64,000 bases of DNA from an uncultured Planctomycetaceae bacterium (GTDB taxonomy: Bacteria; Planctomycetota; Planctomycetia; Pirellulales; PALSA-1355): contig CAWAUV010000008.1 of the NCBI GenBank assembly GCA_963785305.1, positions 256,001 through 320,000 on the forward strand, in the 5' to 3' direction. The position numbers and the translations under genes were made by a program. Below are positions 10,370 to 19,972 of the stretch, one piece after another. Every line of letters starts with the position of its first letter. Position 1 is the stretch's first letter. Below the pieces are notes generated by a model. The model had not been told where the DNA came from. It saw only the letters and a program-made list of their open reading frames with translations, and did not search any database.

Positions 10370-12742
10370 ATGAGCTCGCCGAAGTTCGTTCCGCGTGACC
10401 GGCTTAGGAATTCGCCGCATGTCGCGCTCCATGGGTTCGTCGCCACCGCGGCAATCGTTGTTTTTGCCGCCATCGGCGGGCGATCACGAGCGGCCGATAT
10501 ACCACCACCGGCCGACGATGCGAAACAGGTCGACGCGGCGGCCCCCGCGCCCAAGGCGCCGGCCGCAATGTCGGAGCGGTTGGCCCGCGTGATTCGCGTG
10601 CAAGCGCCGATCAGCGGCAATGTCGACACCACGGTTCGCCGCGCCGTCGAGCGGGCGATCGTGGAATTGCGCGCCGCGGCCAACTCGCCGGCAGGCGACG
10701 CCAGGGCCGGCGACGCCGCGGCGGGACCGGAGCCCGCGCCTCGCAAGCAATCCGCCGAGCGGCCGGTGCTCGTGCTCGAATTCGTTCCCCGCGATGGCGA
10801 CGGCGGCGAGGGCAGCAACTTTGGCCGAGCCTACGATCTTGCCCAGTTTCTCGCCGGTCAGGATTTGAGCGGCTTTCGCACCGTGGCCTATCTGCCGCGC
10901 GGCATTCGTGGCCATGCGGTGCTCGTGGCGCTGGCCTGCGAAGAATTGATCATGGCGCCCGACGCCGAGCTCGGTTCGGCCGGCGTCGATGAAGCCCGGC
11001 AGCGAGGCATCGATCCGACCCATCGAGCCGCCTATCGGCAGATCGCCTCCGAGCGGCGCACCGTGCCGCCCGAGGTGGCGCTCGGCATGCTCGACAAGGA
11101 CCTCGAAGTGCTCAAGGTCGACACCGAAGTCAGCACCGAATATGTGTTGCGGCAAGACCTCGACGCGCTTTGCGCCAAGCATCAGATTCGCTCGGAAACA
11201 GTCATCAAGCGGCCGGGCGAACTGGGCCGCTTCTCGGGTCGCGAGGGTCGCGAGCTCGGCTTTGTGCGCTATCTGGCGGCCGACCGCTCGGCGCTCGCCA
11301 AATCGCTCGATGTTCCGGCCAGCGCGCTGGAAGAAGACCCGTCGCTGGGCGGCGAGTGGCGACCGGTGCTCGTGGTCCTCCGTGGTCCGCTCACGGGTCA
11401 GCAAACCTCGCGCGTCCAGCGCACGATCGAAGAAAAGATCCGCGACGAAAACGTGAACTTCGTGTGCTTGCGCATCGAGAGCGAGGGCGGCGCGATGGCC
11501 GATAGCATGACGCTCGCCAATTACATTGCTGGGCTCGATCGCGGCCAGATTCGCACCGTGGCCTATGTGCCCACCCAGGCACTGGCCGACGCCGCGCTCG
11601 TGGCCGTGGCCTGCGATGAGCTCGTGATGCAAAAAGACGCCCTGCTCGGCGGCGCGGGACCCGAAATGGTCGGGGCCGATGAAATGCGGCTTGTGCGAGA
11701 GGGTGTGCGCGAAAATCTGGCCAAGAAGAAGGAACGTCCCTGGTCGATCCCGGTGGCGCTGGTTGATCCGGGATTAAGCGTGTTTCGCTACGTGAATGTG
11801 GACAGCGGGCGGACCGCCTATTTCTCGCCCGAAGAAGCGGAAGAGCAGCCTGACCGCAAACAATGGAATCGCGCGGAAGAAATCACCGTGAATGGAACCG
11901 CCCTGCAGCTCGACGGAGCCAGGGCCGAAGTGCTCGGCGTGGCAAGGCATGTGGTCAAGGATTTTGACCAGCTCCGCGAAATATATGGCCTGGATGGCGA
12001 CATCACGCAGGCCGAGCCCAGTTGGGCCGACTACTTGATCGACGCGCTTGCCTCGCCGGCGGTCGCCTATCTGCTGCTTTTGATCGGCGGCGCCGCGTTT
12101 TTGGTCGAGTTGCAAGCTCCCGGCATCGGCGTGGGCGGATTCGTGGCGGGAGTGTGCTTCCTGCTCTATTTTTGGAGCCAGCACCTGCATGGCACGGCCG
12201 GATGGCTCGAGGCCCTGCTGTTTTTGGCCGGTGTCTGCTGCTTGCTGCTCGAGGTATTCGTGCTGCCGGGCGTGGGTGTCTTTGGGCTCGGCGGCGGGAT
12301 GCTCATTATCGTGTCGCTGGTGCTCGCCAGTCAGACATTTATCATTCCGCACAACGAATACCAGCTCACGCAACTGCGAGATTCGCTGCTGGGGCTGAGC
12401 GCCGTGGGCGCGGGCGTGGTGGTGTCGGCGCTTTTGATGCGCCGGTATTTGCCCCGCTCGCCGATTTTCAAGCACATTATGCTCGAAGCCCCCTCGGGCG
12501 AAGAGCTCGCCGATCTCGACGCACGCGAATCGCTGGTCGATTTCAGCCATCTGATCGGGCAGCAAGGTGTTGCGGTCACTCCGCTTATGCCCTCGGGCAA
12601 GGCCCGGTTTGGCCAGCAGGTGGTCGATGTGATTTCGGCCGGTGGCGCCATGTCGCGAGGCGACTCGCTCCTGGCCCATGAGGTGCATGGCAATCGCGTC
12701 CTAGTGCGTCCGGCCGAAACATCGCCTAAAATGGAAAGCTGA
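10370..12742 (+). CDS. Long NfeD-family membrane protein (ClpP/crotonase-like domains, TM bundle, C-terminal OB)
   Basis: Two 'RTVAY.P..A....ALVALAC.EL.M' repeats, ELQAPGIGVGG and LEVFVLPGVGVFG TM motifs, G.AVTPLMPSGKARFG OB tail. Confidence 0.85.
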   Translation: MSSPKFVPRDRLRNSPHVALHGFVATAAIVVFAAIGGRSRAADIPPPADDAKQVDAAAPAPKAPAAMSERLARVIRVQAPISGNVDTTVRRAVERAIVELRAAANSPAGDARAGDAAAGPEPAPRKQSAERPVLVLEFVPRDGDGGEGSNFGRAYDLAQFLAGQDLSGFRTVAYLPRGIRGHAVLVALACEELIMAPDAELGSAGVDEARQRGIDPTHRAAYRQIASERRTVPPEVALGMLDKDLEVLKVDTEVSTEYVLRQDLDALCAKHQIRSETVIKRPGELGRFSGREGRELGFVRYLAADRSALAKSLDVPASALEEDPSLGGEWRPVLVVLRGPLTGQQTSRVQRTIEEKIRDENVNFVCLRIESEGGAMADSMTLANYIAGLDRGQIRTVAYVPTQALADAALVAVACDELVMQKDALLGGAGPEMVGADEMRLVREGVRENLAKKKERPWSIPVALVDPGLSVFRYVNVDSGRTAYFSPEEAEEQPDRKQWNRAEEITVNGTALQLDGARAEVLGVARHVVKDFDQLREIYGLDGDITQAEPSWADYLIDALASPAVAYLLLLIGGAAFLVELQAPGIGVGGFVAGVCFLLYFWSQHLHGTAGWLEALLFLAGVCCLLLEVFVLPGVGVFGLGGGMLIIVSLVLASQTFIIPHNEYQLTQLRDSLLGLSAVGAGVVVSALLMRRYLPRSPIFKHIMLEAPSGEELADLDARESLVDFSHLIGQQGVAVTPLMPSGKARFGQQVVDVISAGGAMSRGDSLLAHEVHGNRVLVRPAETSPKMES

Positions 12743-12893
12743 CCACGAACCGGCGCGGGCCGGTTCGCCGCTTCAACCGGTTGCGACTCGCCCGGCGGTC
12801 TAGGTCGACTAGGCGGTGCGCGGAGCTTGCCTCGCCCGGGTGAAACCGCCGAAGCGGAAAAAGTTGGCTTTTTATCGCGATTGGTCGCCACGC

Positions 12894-13478
12894 ATGGACC
12901 CAATTGTTTGGTCGATTTTGCTGATGGCGCTCGGGCTATTGCTCGTGGGCGTGGAGATGTTTATCCCGACTGCCGGCATTCTGGGCGTGATTTCCCTTGC
13001 GGCGATCCTGGTATCGATCTCGCTGGCGTTCTATTATCGGGGCTTGGAAGTCGGGTTTGTGTTTGTCGTGTTCGCGGCCGTGGGTGTGCCGGCGGTGCTG
13101 ATGGTGGCGTTTCGTTTGTGGCCACGAACTCAGCTCGGGAGACAATTGCTGCTCCAAGTGCCCGATCCCCAAGCCGTGTTGCCCAACTCGCCCGAACGGC
13201 GCAGGCAACGCGAACTCGTCGGCAAGCTTGGCGTGACGCGAACACTGATGCTGCCAAGCGGGGCGGTGATGATCGGCGATGAACTGGTGGACGCCATTAG
13301 CGAAGGACTCCCGATCGAAGCGGGGCAAGTGGTCAAAGTGATCGAGGCTCGCGGCGGTCGGGTCGTGGTGCGACCGGCCGACCCCGAGGAAACCGAAGCG
13401 CCGGCAAAATCAAACGATGTTCTCTCGCAATCCATCGAAACCCTGGGCCTCGACCCGTTCGAAGACCCGCTCGTATGA
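12894..13478 (+). CDS. Short NfeD-family protein
   Basis: Three TM helices (EMFIPTAGILG) then LMLPSGAV.IG...DAISEG..IEAG..VKV OB domain. Confidence 0.85.
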   Translation: MDPIVWSILLMALGLLLVGVEMFIPTAGILGVISLAAILVSISLAFYYRGLEVGFVFVVFAAVGVPAVLMVAFRLWPRTQLGRQLLLQVPDPQAVLPNSPERRRQRELVGKLGVTRTLMLPSGAVMIGDELVDAISEGLPIEAGQVVKVIEARGGRVVVRPADPEETEAPAKSNDVLSQSIETLGLDPFEDPLV

Positions 13479-13573
13479 CAACCGGCGCCGCGGGGCCCTG
13501 GGTCGCCGGCACTAACTCGTTTTCCCAGGCAATTCGCCGCGGACTTTGAATCTCGAAAGGACACGTCTCGAAC

Positions 13574-14621
13574 ATGTCGCTCCTCGCCGCCGGGAATCCC
13601 CTGTGGACCATCGTGACGATCGCGGTCATTTTTGCCGTCATCGTGTTTTGCATTATTATGCTCGCCGTGTTTGCCCGCTATGTGAAGCTCTATATCCAGT
13701 CGATCACGACCGAGGCCAAGATCGGAATCCTCGATCTGGTGGGCATGAAGCTTCGCCGGGTGGTGCCCGAGGTGATCGTGCGCTCGAAGATCATGGCGAC
13801 CCAAGCCGGACTGACCGACGAAGCCGGCATTACCAGCAAAGCGCTCGAGGCGCACTATCTGGCCGGCGGCAATGTGCCGCTGGTGGTGCGGGCAATCATC
13901 GCGGCGCGCAAGGCCAAGATCATCGACCTCGATTTCAAACTCGCCAGCGCCATCGATCTCGCCGGACGCAATGTGCTCGAAGCGGTGCAAACGAGCGTGT
14001 ATCCCAAGGTCATCGACTGCCCGGCCCGGAACTCGAGCCGCGAGTCGCTCGACGCCGTGGCCAAAAACGGCATTCAACTCAAGGTCAAGGCGCGGGTCAC
14101 GGTGCGAGCCAATCTCAATCAAGTGATCGGCGGCGCCACCGAGGAGACGATCATTGCCCGCGTGGGCGAAGGCATCGTCGAGCGCGATTGGCTCGGCGGA
14201 CTCGCACTGCGAAGTGTTGGCCAATCCCGACCGAATCTCCAAGGCGGTGCTCGCCCGCAAGCTCGATTCGCAAACCGCCTTCGAGATCGTGTCGATCGAC
14301 ATCGCCGATATCGATGTGGGCGACAATATCGGCGCCCGGCTCCAGGCCGATCAGGCAGAGGCGGATACGCGCGTCGGCCGGGCCAACGCAGAAGGCCGCC
14401 GGGCGATGGCCGTGGCCCAGGAGCAAGAAATGCTCGCCGGCATGGAGGAGAGCCGGGCCAATGTGCTCGAAGCCGAAGCGCAAGTGCCCCTCGCGCTTGC
14501 CGATGCCTTTCGCGCCGGCACGCTCGGCATCATGGACTATTACAAGCTCCGCAATCTGCAAGCCGATACCGACATGCGCAAAAGCATCGCCGGCAGCGCA
14601 ATCAAGGCCGAACTCAAATAA
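13574..14621 (+). CDS. floA: Flotillin-like protein FloA (YqfA family), frameshift ~14185
   Basis: [35 protein letters not shown], then [34 protein letters not shown] in ORF 14154..14621. Confidence 0.93.
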
Positions 14622-14637
14622 GGACCGGACGCAAACA

Positions 14638-14670
14638 CCCCTCTCCCTTTGGGACAGGGTAGGGCGAGGG
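14638..14670. repeat. REP-like palindrome
   Basis: CCCCTCTCCCTTTGGGACAGGGTAGGGCGAGGG; second copy at 16656. Confidence 0.7.
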
Positions 14671-14758
14671 TCCCTCTGCTTCATTGCGAGAGGTGGCGAG
14701 AGGGCCGAGGAACCAGTCAGTCGTTTTCAGTTCGTTTTCTAGCGAAGGATCGTCGTCG

Positions 14759-15551
14759 ATGCCTATTTACTTGCCGACTCCACTGGCCGATGTCGCTGAT
14801 CTCTTGAAGGGATTGTTGCCGTTGGTGGTCTTTCTCTTGGTGGTGTTTTACATGGTGGGCGACAAGAAGCTTAAGAGCCAGCGCATGGCTCAGCGCAAGC
14901 CGCCGCAGCCCATTCGCCCCGCGCCGGGTCGCTCCGACATGGCGCAAGCCAACCGCGCAGCGCCGCCGCCCGCGGGCCGGCCGGCGCCATCGGTCCAGTC
15001 GCGCGCCGCGCCCCGTGCGCAACGAAGAGATCGAGGAGTTTCTGCGCCGCGCCGCTCTGCAGCGCGGCGAGCGTCCCGCGGCGCCCCGGGCCGCCGGCGC
15101 CGAGCGCAAAAGCGACCAAGCCCAAGCCGCTCGATTGGCGAACCAGCGCGGTGGAGCGCGTCCGGCGGTTCCCAGACCCGGCTCGCGCACGGCGGAAACC
15201 GAGCGAACGGCACCGCCGAGCGGGTCGCTTACTTCACAAGATCGCGAATCCACCTCGCGGCTGGCGAGCAATGTTTCCACCCGGCTTTCGACCGATCAAT
15301 TCGCCACCCGCGCCGCCGACATGACCGCCGACCTCGCGCGGCTCGATCTCGAACGCGAAGCGCGATTCAAAAAGACATTCGACCACCAGCTCGGGCAACT
15401 CGGCTCGCTGCCGGCCGACAAGCCCACGGGCTCGACGGCAAAGCCTGCCGTCACGACTCCCGCGGGCTTGGCTGGCCTCTTTGCCGGCGGTTCGCTACAA
15501 CAAGCGTTTGTGCTGAGCGAGATCTTTCGGCGCCCCGAGGATCGCTGGTAG
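14759..15551 (+). CDS. Hypothetical membrane-anchored protein downstream of floA (YqfB-like), frameshift ~15015
   Basis: N-terminal TM (LLPLVVFLLVVFYMV); EIEEFLRRA and QAFVLSEIFRRPEDRW C-terminus typical of floA-downstream genes. Confidence 0.65.
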
Positions 15552-15692
15552 CGCTCGCGCCGCTCGGCGGCGGCCCCTATCGAATGCGCCGCCCGGCGGA
15601 GCCACTTGCTGGTGATCCCCGTTTAAACGCCGGTTTACAGCGGCAACAAACTCATTTCATCTATTCGACGATTCCACGAAAGCGGAAAAAAG

Positions 15693-16610
15693 ATGGCGGT
15701 TGCTCGTGTGGCGCCGGGGGAGACTCGGCTGGGCTGGATCGGCGCGGGCGTGATGGGCACAAGCATGTGCGGCCATTTGATGAACGCCGGATTTTCCATG
15801 ACCGTGTTTACTCGCACCCGCTCCAAGGCCGAGCCGCTGCTCGCTCGCGGCGCCCGCTGGGCCGACACTCCCAAAGCCGTGGCCGAGGCGTCGGATATCG
15901 TGTTTGGCATTGTCGGTACTCCGGCCGATGTGCGCGAGGTGTTCTTGAGCGAGACGGGCGCGCTGGCCGGCGCCCGCGCCGGCAGTGTGCTGGTCGACAT
16001 GACCACAAGCCAGCCATCGCTCGCCGAGGAGATCGCCACCGCAGCCGAGAGGCGCGGCGTGGTGAGCCTCGACGCGCCGGTGTCGGGCGGAGATGTCGGC
16101 GCCCGCGAGGCGCGGCTTTCGATCATGATCGGCGGCGACGAACAAGCCGTCGCCGCGCTCGATCCCTGCTGGCGGGCGATGGGCAAGACGATTGTCCGGC
16201 AAGGGGGGCCCGGCGCCGGCCAGCACACTAAAATGGTCAACCAAACCCTGGTCGCCGCCGGCATGATCGGAGTGTGCGAAGCGCTGCTCTATGCCTACAA
16301 GGCCGGCCTCGACCTGGAAACGGTGCTCGAATCGGTCACGCCCGGCGCGGCCGGAAGTTGGTCGCTCTCGAATCTCGGACCGCGGATCATCGCCGGCAAT
16401 TTCGCTCCGGGCTTCGCCGTGGAGCACTTTATCAAAGACATGGGAATCGCGCTCGAGGAATCGCGGCGCATGGGGATCGCGCTGCCGGGCCTCGCGTTGG
16501 CGAATCAGTTGTATTTGGCCGTGGCCGCCCAAGGCCACGCCAAGAACGGCACCCACGCCCTGGCGCTGGCCCTGGCGAAGCTTTCAGGCATCGACTGGCA
16601 AAAACGTTGA
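15693..16610 (+). CDS. NAD(P)-dependent beta-hydroxyacid dehydrogenase (3-hydroxyisobutyrate/tartronate-semialdehyde family)
   Basis: [37 protein letters not shown]. Confidence 0.92.
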   Translation: MAVARVAPGETRLGWIGAGVMGTSMCGHLMNAGFSMTVFTRTRSKAEPLLARGARWADTPKAVAEASDIVFGIVGTPADVREVFLSETGALAGARAGSVLVDMTTSQPSLAEEIATAAERRGVVSLDAPVSGGDVGAREARLSIMIGGDEQAVAALDPCWRAMGKTIVRQGGPGAGQHTKMVNQTLVAAGMIGVCEALLYAYKAGLDLETVLESVTPGAAGSWSLSNLGPRIIAGNFAPGFAVEHFIKDMGIALEESRRMGIALPGLALANQLYLAVAAQGHAKNGTHALALALAKLSGIDWQKR

Positions 16611-16655
16611 ACCACCGGGGGACCCGCGTTGCACAAGAGTCTATCCGACGACTCC

Positions 16656-16688
16656 CCCCTCTCCCTTTGGGAGAGGGTAGGATGAGGG
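16656..16688. repeat. REP-like palindrome
   Basis: CCCCTCTCCCTTTGGGAGAGGGTAGGATGAGGG, near-identical to 14638. Confidence 0.7.
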
Positions 16689-16744
16689 AGGCGAGGGCTA
16701 GCGGGAGTTCTCGGATAGGCACTTAAAATCGTGGAGCATCCCAA

Positions 16745-16826
16745 GCGAGAGTGGCGGAACTGGCAGACGCGCTGGACTTAGGATCCAGTGGGGCAACCCG
16801 TGCAGGTTCGATTCCTGTCTCTCGCA
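16745..16826 (+). tRNA. tRNA-Leu(TAG)
   Basis: GCGAGAG/CTCTCGC acceptor stem, TGGCGGAACTGGCAGACGC D arm, CTGGA-CTTAGGA-TCCAG anticodon arm, long variable arm, GGTTCGATTCC T loop; CCA not encoded. Confidence 0.97.
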
Positions 16827-16919
16827 TTCTCAACGCCGACAACGACTTGCGTCGATTTCCTTGCTCGCCTTGAGGTCCGGAAAGAATCCCGACACTCGAT
16901 AAACACTCAAGCGGGGATT

Positions 16920-17062
16920 TGTCCCTCCCGAAAACCCCGTCGGAGGGGAGGGCGATCGGGATTAGCGTCGATTTCGCGAGGTTGGTTTCGGCGGAGCTCA
17001 AGAAAAATCGCCGGCGTTGGAGTAAAAACGGGCCCGGAGGGCCTGTTTTGGCTCATCGGCGC
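16920..17062 (+). repeat. Cassette-delimiting element copy 1 (IS-end-like)
   Basis: TGTCCCTCCCGAAAACCCCGTCGGAGGGG...GGAGTAAAAACGGGCCCGGAGGGCCTGTTTT. Confidence 0.9.
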
Positions 17063-19387
17063 GACGCCGCGATCATCGCCGCTGGAGACAGCGCATCGAC
17101 GACCCCGCTCTTGCCGACGCCCGCCGCGGCATTGACGGTAGCCAACTTGGCGATCGGGGCGCCGAGCTTGCCGAGCCAGCCGGGAACCGACACGTTCTAT
17201 CAGAACGCGATGGACGGCGTGGCCTACGGCTTCTCGTTCCAGCCGCAGACAGCCTACTACGACCCCGGCAATTTGAACGAGGACCTCACGCTAAGTTCCA
17301 CCGAAACCGCCGTCCGCGCCCCGCTCATCTACGATCAAGGCGGCACGAACACCCCAAGTGAAGTCGCCGCCGTGGCGATCATCCCGCCGACAGGCGAAAC
17401 GTACAGTATCGCGAATCTATCCGACGGTGGCGGAAGTGGCGGCGGAACGACCAGCCCCGATGGCGCCATCTGGACGCCATCGGCGGGCGACGTGAACGCG
17501 GCGGCCGTGTTCGATGAACTCGAATCGCTGGTTATGAGCGCCAATCCCAACCCGTCCGCGCCGAATGTTGGTAACCAGATCAATAGCATCCTGGGCGGGG
17601 GAACGGCGTCCTCGGGAGTCGGCGATACCTATGCGGCGACGCAAGCCGGCGGAAACGTTTCGGAACAAATCCTCGAAGCCGACGCGGAAGGAAACGCGGC
17701 GACACAGCCATCGATCGGCTCCAACACAACGCCGGTTTTCGATGGAACGTTGCGATTCTTGCGGCCCGCCCAGGTCTCGCAACTCGAGCAAGGGGGCTAC
17801 AGCGTTCAAACGATCCCGGGGCAAGGGGGGCCTGCCAGCATTACGTTGGTCGCGGTCGTCGACGGGCAGCTTTATCAGCTTTTGTACACGCAAAACAGCG
17901 ACTCGATTTACGCCGCCTATGAACTGGTGTCGGCCCATTCGATCGGTTCGGTGAGCGACTACAGTTCGCTGCAAGAACTCTCGAATGCGATAAGTTCGCT
18001 CAACTCCGCTGAAAACGCCGGCAAGTTGCTCGACCTCTACAAGAGCCAGAACGGCACGCAGACGCTGGACTACTTGCGAATGCTGCCGATCACCGGCACA
18101 ATCATCAACTTCCAAGATGGGAACTACATCGCCGGAACCATCTCGCTCGCCGGCGACGCGCTCTTGGTGCTGCCGGTCGCCCGACTCGGCATCTCCGCTA
18201 CGAACGCCGCCATGGCCGCAGCGAGGGCGGGCGCGACCGCGGAAGCCGCCGCCAAGGTCGGCGCCGAAATTGGTGGAAACGTTGCGGAGAATGTGACGGC
18301 TAGCGCCGCGGAGGCCGAACTCGCGACCGATTCAAGGTTGGCCGGAAACTTTAGTAAAGGCGGTTGCTTCACCGAAGACACGCTTGTCATTGTCCCATCG
18401 GAGGAAGTTCCGCGTGATAACGCACGCGCCGCCACGGCTACCATTGCCGCGACGGCGATCGGCTCGGTGCGGCTCGGCGGCCGCGTGCTGGGCGAGAACC
18501 CGCGTCCCTGGGAATACGACTCGCAATTTCCCGAGCCCGCGGCCGGCCAATGGGTTTGCATTAACGCTCGCGTCAAACGGCCCAACGCGGTTGCGGTGGA
18601 AATCGAACTGCTGCGGCCGCGAGCGTGGGTCGAGGCCAACGGCATCAAGGCGGGAGGCCGGTTTGAAATCAAGTACCCTGAGCTGGGTGTTATCGGCGAA
18701 GCCAGGATTATCTCGCTTTCGGCCTGCCCGCCGATCGCCGCGGGCGACGGCAACGTGGTGATTGGGCGGTTCGTTTCTCGCGAAATCAACAACCTTGTTC
18801 GCTTGCGACTGAGCGATGGCACTACGATCGAAGCGACCGATATCCACCCGATTTGGTCAACGGATCGCCGGGATTGGGTCGCGGCCGGCAAGCTCGAGCC
18901 CGGCGAGCAGGTGGAAAGCTTTGGAGAATTTATTTATGTTGAAAGCGTCGAGCGGATCGGGTATTGCCCCGCGGTTTATAATATCGAGGTGCATGGCCAC
19001 CACGTTTACCGCGTCGCTTCCGTAGGAGTGGTGGTCCATAACGCGGACCCGTTGTCCTGCGCCGCAAGTGTCCCTGGCGCGAGTAATGCCGGTGGCCTTC
19101 CTTGGGCCTCTTGGAATAATTTGCCAAAGGTAACAATTGCTGGCAAAGAGTATGCGAGCATCGGCGGCCGACTCTATACTGAGCACGCAATCGAACGAAT
19201 GATTCCAAGTGCTCTCTCGGGTTACGGACGAAGTGTCGCGCCGGCATTTGTTGAAGAAGCTATTAAGAGTGGTGCTACAACTACTCGTGTTGTGGATGGT
19301 GTGCTACGTACGATTCATACGCTTGGCGATTTAGTCGTAGTGACAGAGGATGGCGGCAAGATTGTTGTTACGGTGATCACGCATTAG
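17063..19387 (+). CDS. Orphan polymorphic toxin A: shared pre-toxin segment + Hint domain + BECR-like (DUF4258/CdiA-CT-like) RNase tip; 5'-truncated
   Basis: DAAIIAAGDS...IWTPSAGDVN shared with B and C; Hint CFTEDT (18365)...HPIW...VYNIEV...VHN (19042); tip GGRLYTEHAIERM..GRSVAPAFVEEAIKSG..IVVTVI. Confidence 0.8.
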   Translation, partial: DAAIIAAGDSASTTPLLPTPAAALTVANLAIGAPSLPSQPGTDTFYQNAMDGVAYGFSFQPQTAYYDPGNLNEDLTLSSTETAVRAPLIYDQGGTNTPSEVAAVAIIPPTGETYSIANLSDGGGSGGGTTSPDGAIWTPSAGDVNAAAVFDELESLVMSANPNPSAPNVGNQINSILGGGTASSGVGDTYAATQAGGNVSEQILEADAEGNAATQPSIGSNTTPVFDGTLRFLRPAQVSQLEQGGYSVQTIPGQGGPASITLVAVVDGQLYQLLYTQNSDSIYAAYELVSAHSIGSVSDYSSLQELSNAISSLNSAENAGKLLDLYKSQNGTQTLDYLRMLPITGTIINFQDGNYIAGTISLAGDALLVLPVARLGISATNAAMAAARAGATAEAAAKVGAEIGGNVAENVTASAAEAELATDSRLAGNFSKGGCFTEDTLVIVPSEEVPRDNARAATATIAATAIGSVRLGGRVLGENPRPWEYDSQFPEPAAGQWVCINARVKRPNAVAVEIELLRPRAWVEANGIKAGGRFEIKYPELGVIGEARIISLSACPPIAAGDGNVVIGRFVSREINNLVRLRLSDGTTIEATDIHPIWSTDRRDWVAAGKLEPGEQVESFGEFIYVESVERIGYCPAVYNIEVHGHHVYRVASVGVVVHNADPLSCAASVPGASNAGGLPWASWNNLPKVTIAGKEYASIGGRLYTEHAIERMIPSALSGYGRSVAPAFVEEAIKSGATTTRVVDGVLRTIHTLGDLVVVTEDGGKIVVTVITH

Positions 19388-19397
19388 AGTAATAAAC

Positions 19398-19667
19398 ATG
19401 GCCATCTATCCTGATATAATACTGGACCTGAAAGTAGCTTGTGCTCGCTATCGTCGACAAGAAATCACTGAGAAGCAACTGCAAGAGCATCTTTGGAAGG
19501 CGGTCCAAGGCGTTGTGGCTCTCGAAGAAAAAGCTCATCGCGCATTTCTCAGGCAGGCCGAAGGCAAGATTGAACTATTGCAATTCACGGTTTCCATCGG
19601 CGAACTTCGCAACGAGGTATCGGCAATCGTGGCTCAGATCGAGGACCACCTTAGTGGATGGCGTTGA
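19398..19667 (+). CDS. Putative immunity protein A (89 aa, helical)
   Basis: Small AT-richer ORF 10 bp after the toxin stop. Confidence 0.7.
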   Translation: MAIYPDIILDLKVACARYRRQEITEKQLQEHLWKAVQGVVALEEKAHRAFLRQAEGKIELLQFTVSIGELRNEVSAIVAQIEDHLSGWR

Positions 19668-19680
19668 TATTGTGGGTTCT

Positions 19681-19772
19681 TGTCCCTCCCGAAAACTCCA
19701 ACCGGGTGGAGCGGGGCGTGGGAGGGCGCGGTTTCGGGAAAGCAGTTTGGGCGGCGCGTCAAGAGATTTTCT
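19681..19772 (+). repeat. Cassette-delimiting element copy 2 (variant subtype)
   Basis: TGTCCCTCCCGAAAACTC...GTCAAGAGATTT; resembles the copy at 26668. Confidence 0.75.
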
Positions 19773-19783
19773 CGCGGGAAAAT

Positions 19784-19885
19784 CAAAGGGGTCAGGACTC
19801 ATTGATTTTGCTGGCGGTTGTTGGTAGGCTGGCGGACATGCCACGAGCCGACGAGCAATTCAAAGGGGTCAGGACTCATTGATTT
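19784..19885 (+). repeat. Two identical 25-bp direct repeats CAAAGGGGTCAGGACTCATTGATTT
   Basis: Copies at 19784-19808 and 19861-19885 with a 52-bp spacer. Confidence 0.85.
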
Positions 19886-19972
19886 CGCCGTTGGCGGCGT
19901 CGGCAACCCCACCGGCGGAACCTAGCTCGCACCCGGTCCGGCCCAGGCCGATTCCAACGCCGACCGCGTCTT

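Noticed and set aside
16919..17062. ORF-track N-termini of toxins A (16919) and C (22764) as genuine starts
   Set aside because: They are translations of the repeat element from TTG codons with no well-spaced RBS; in-frame fusion may be chance, though low-level expression is not excluded.
19784..19885. Mini CRISPR array
   Set aside because: Only two repeats, a 52-bp spacer and no cas genes in the window.
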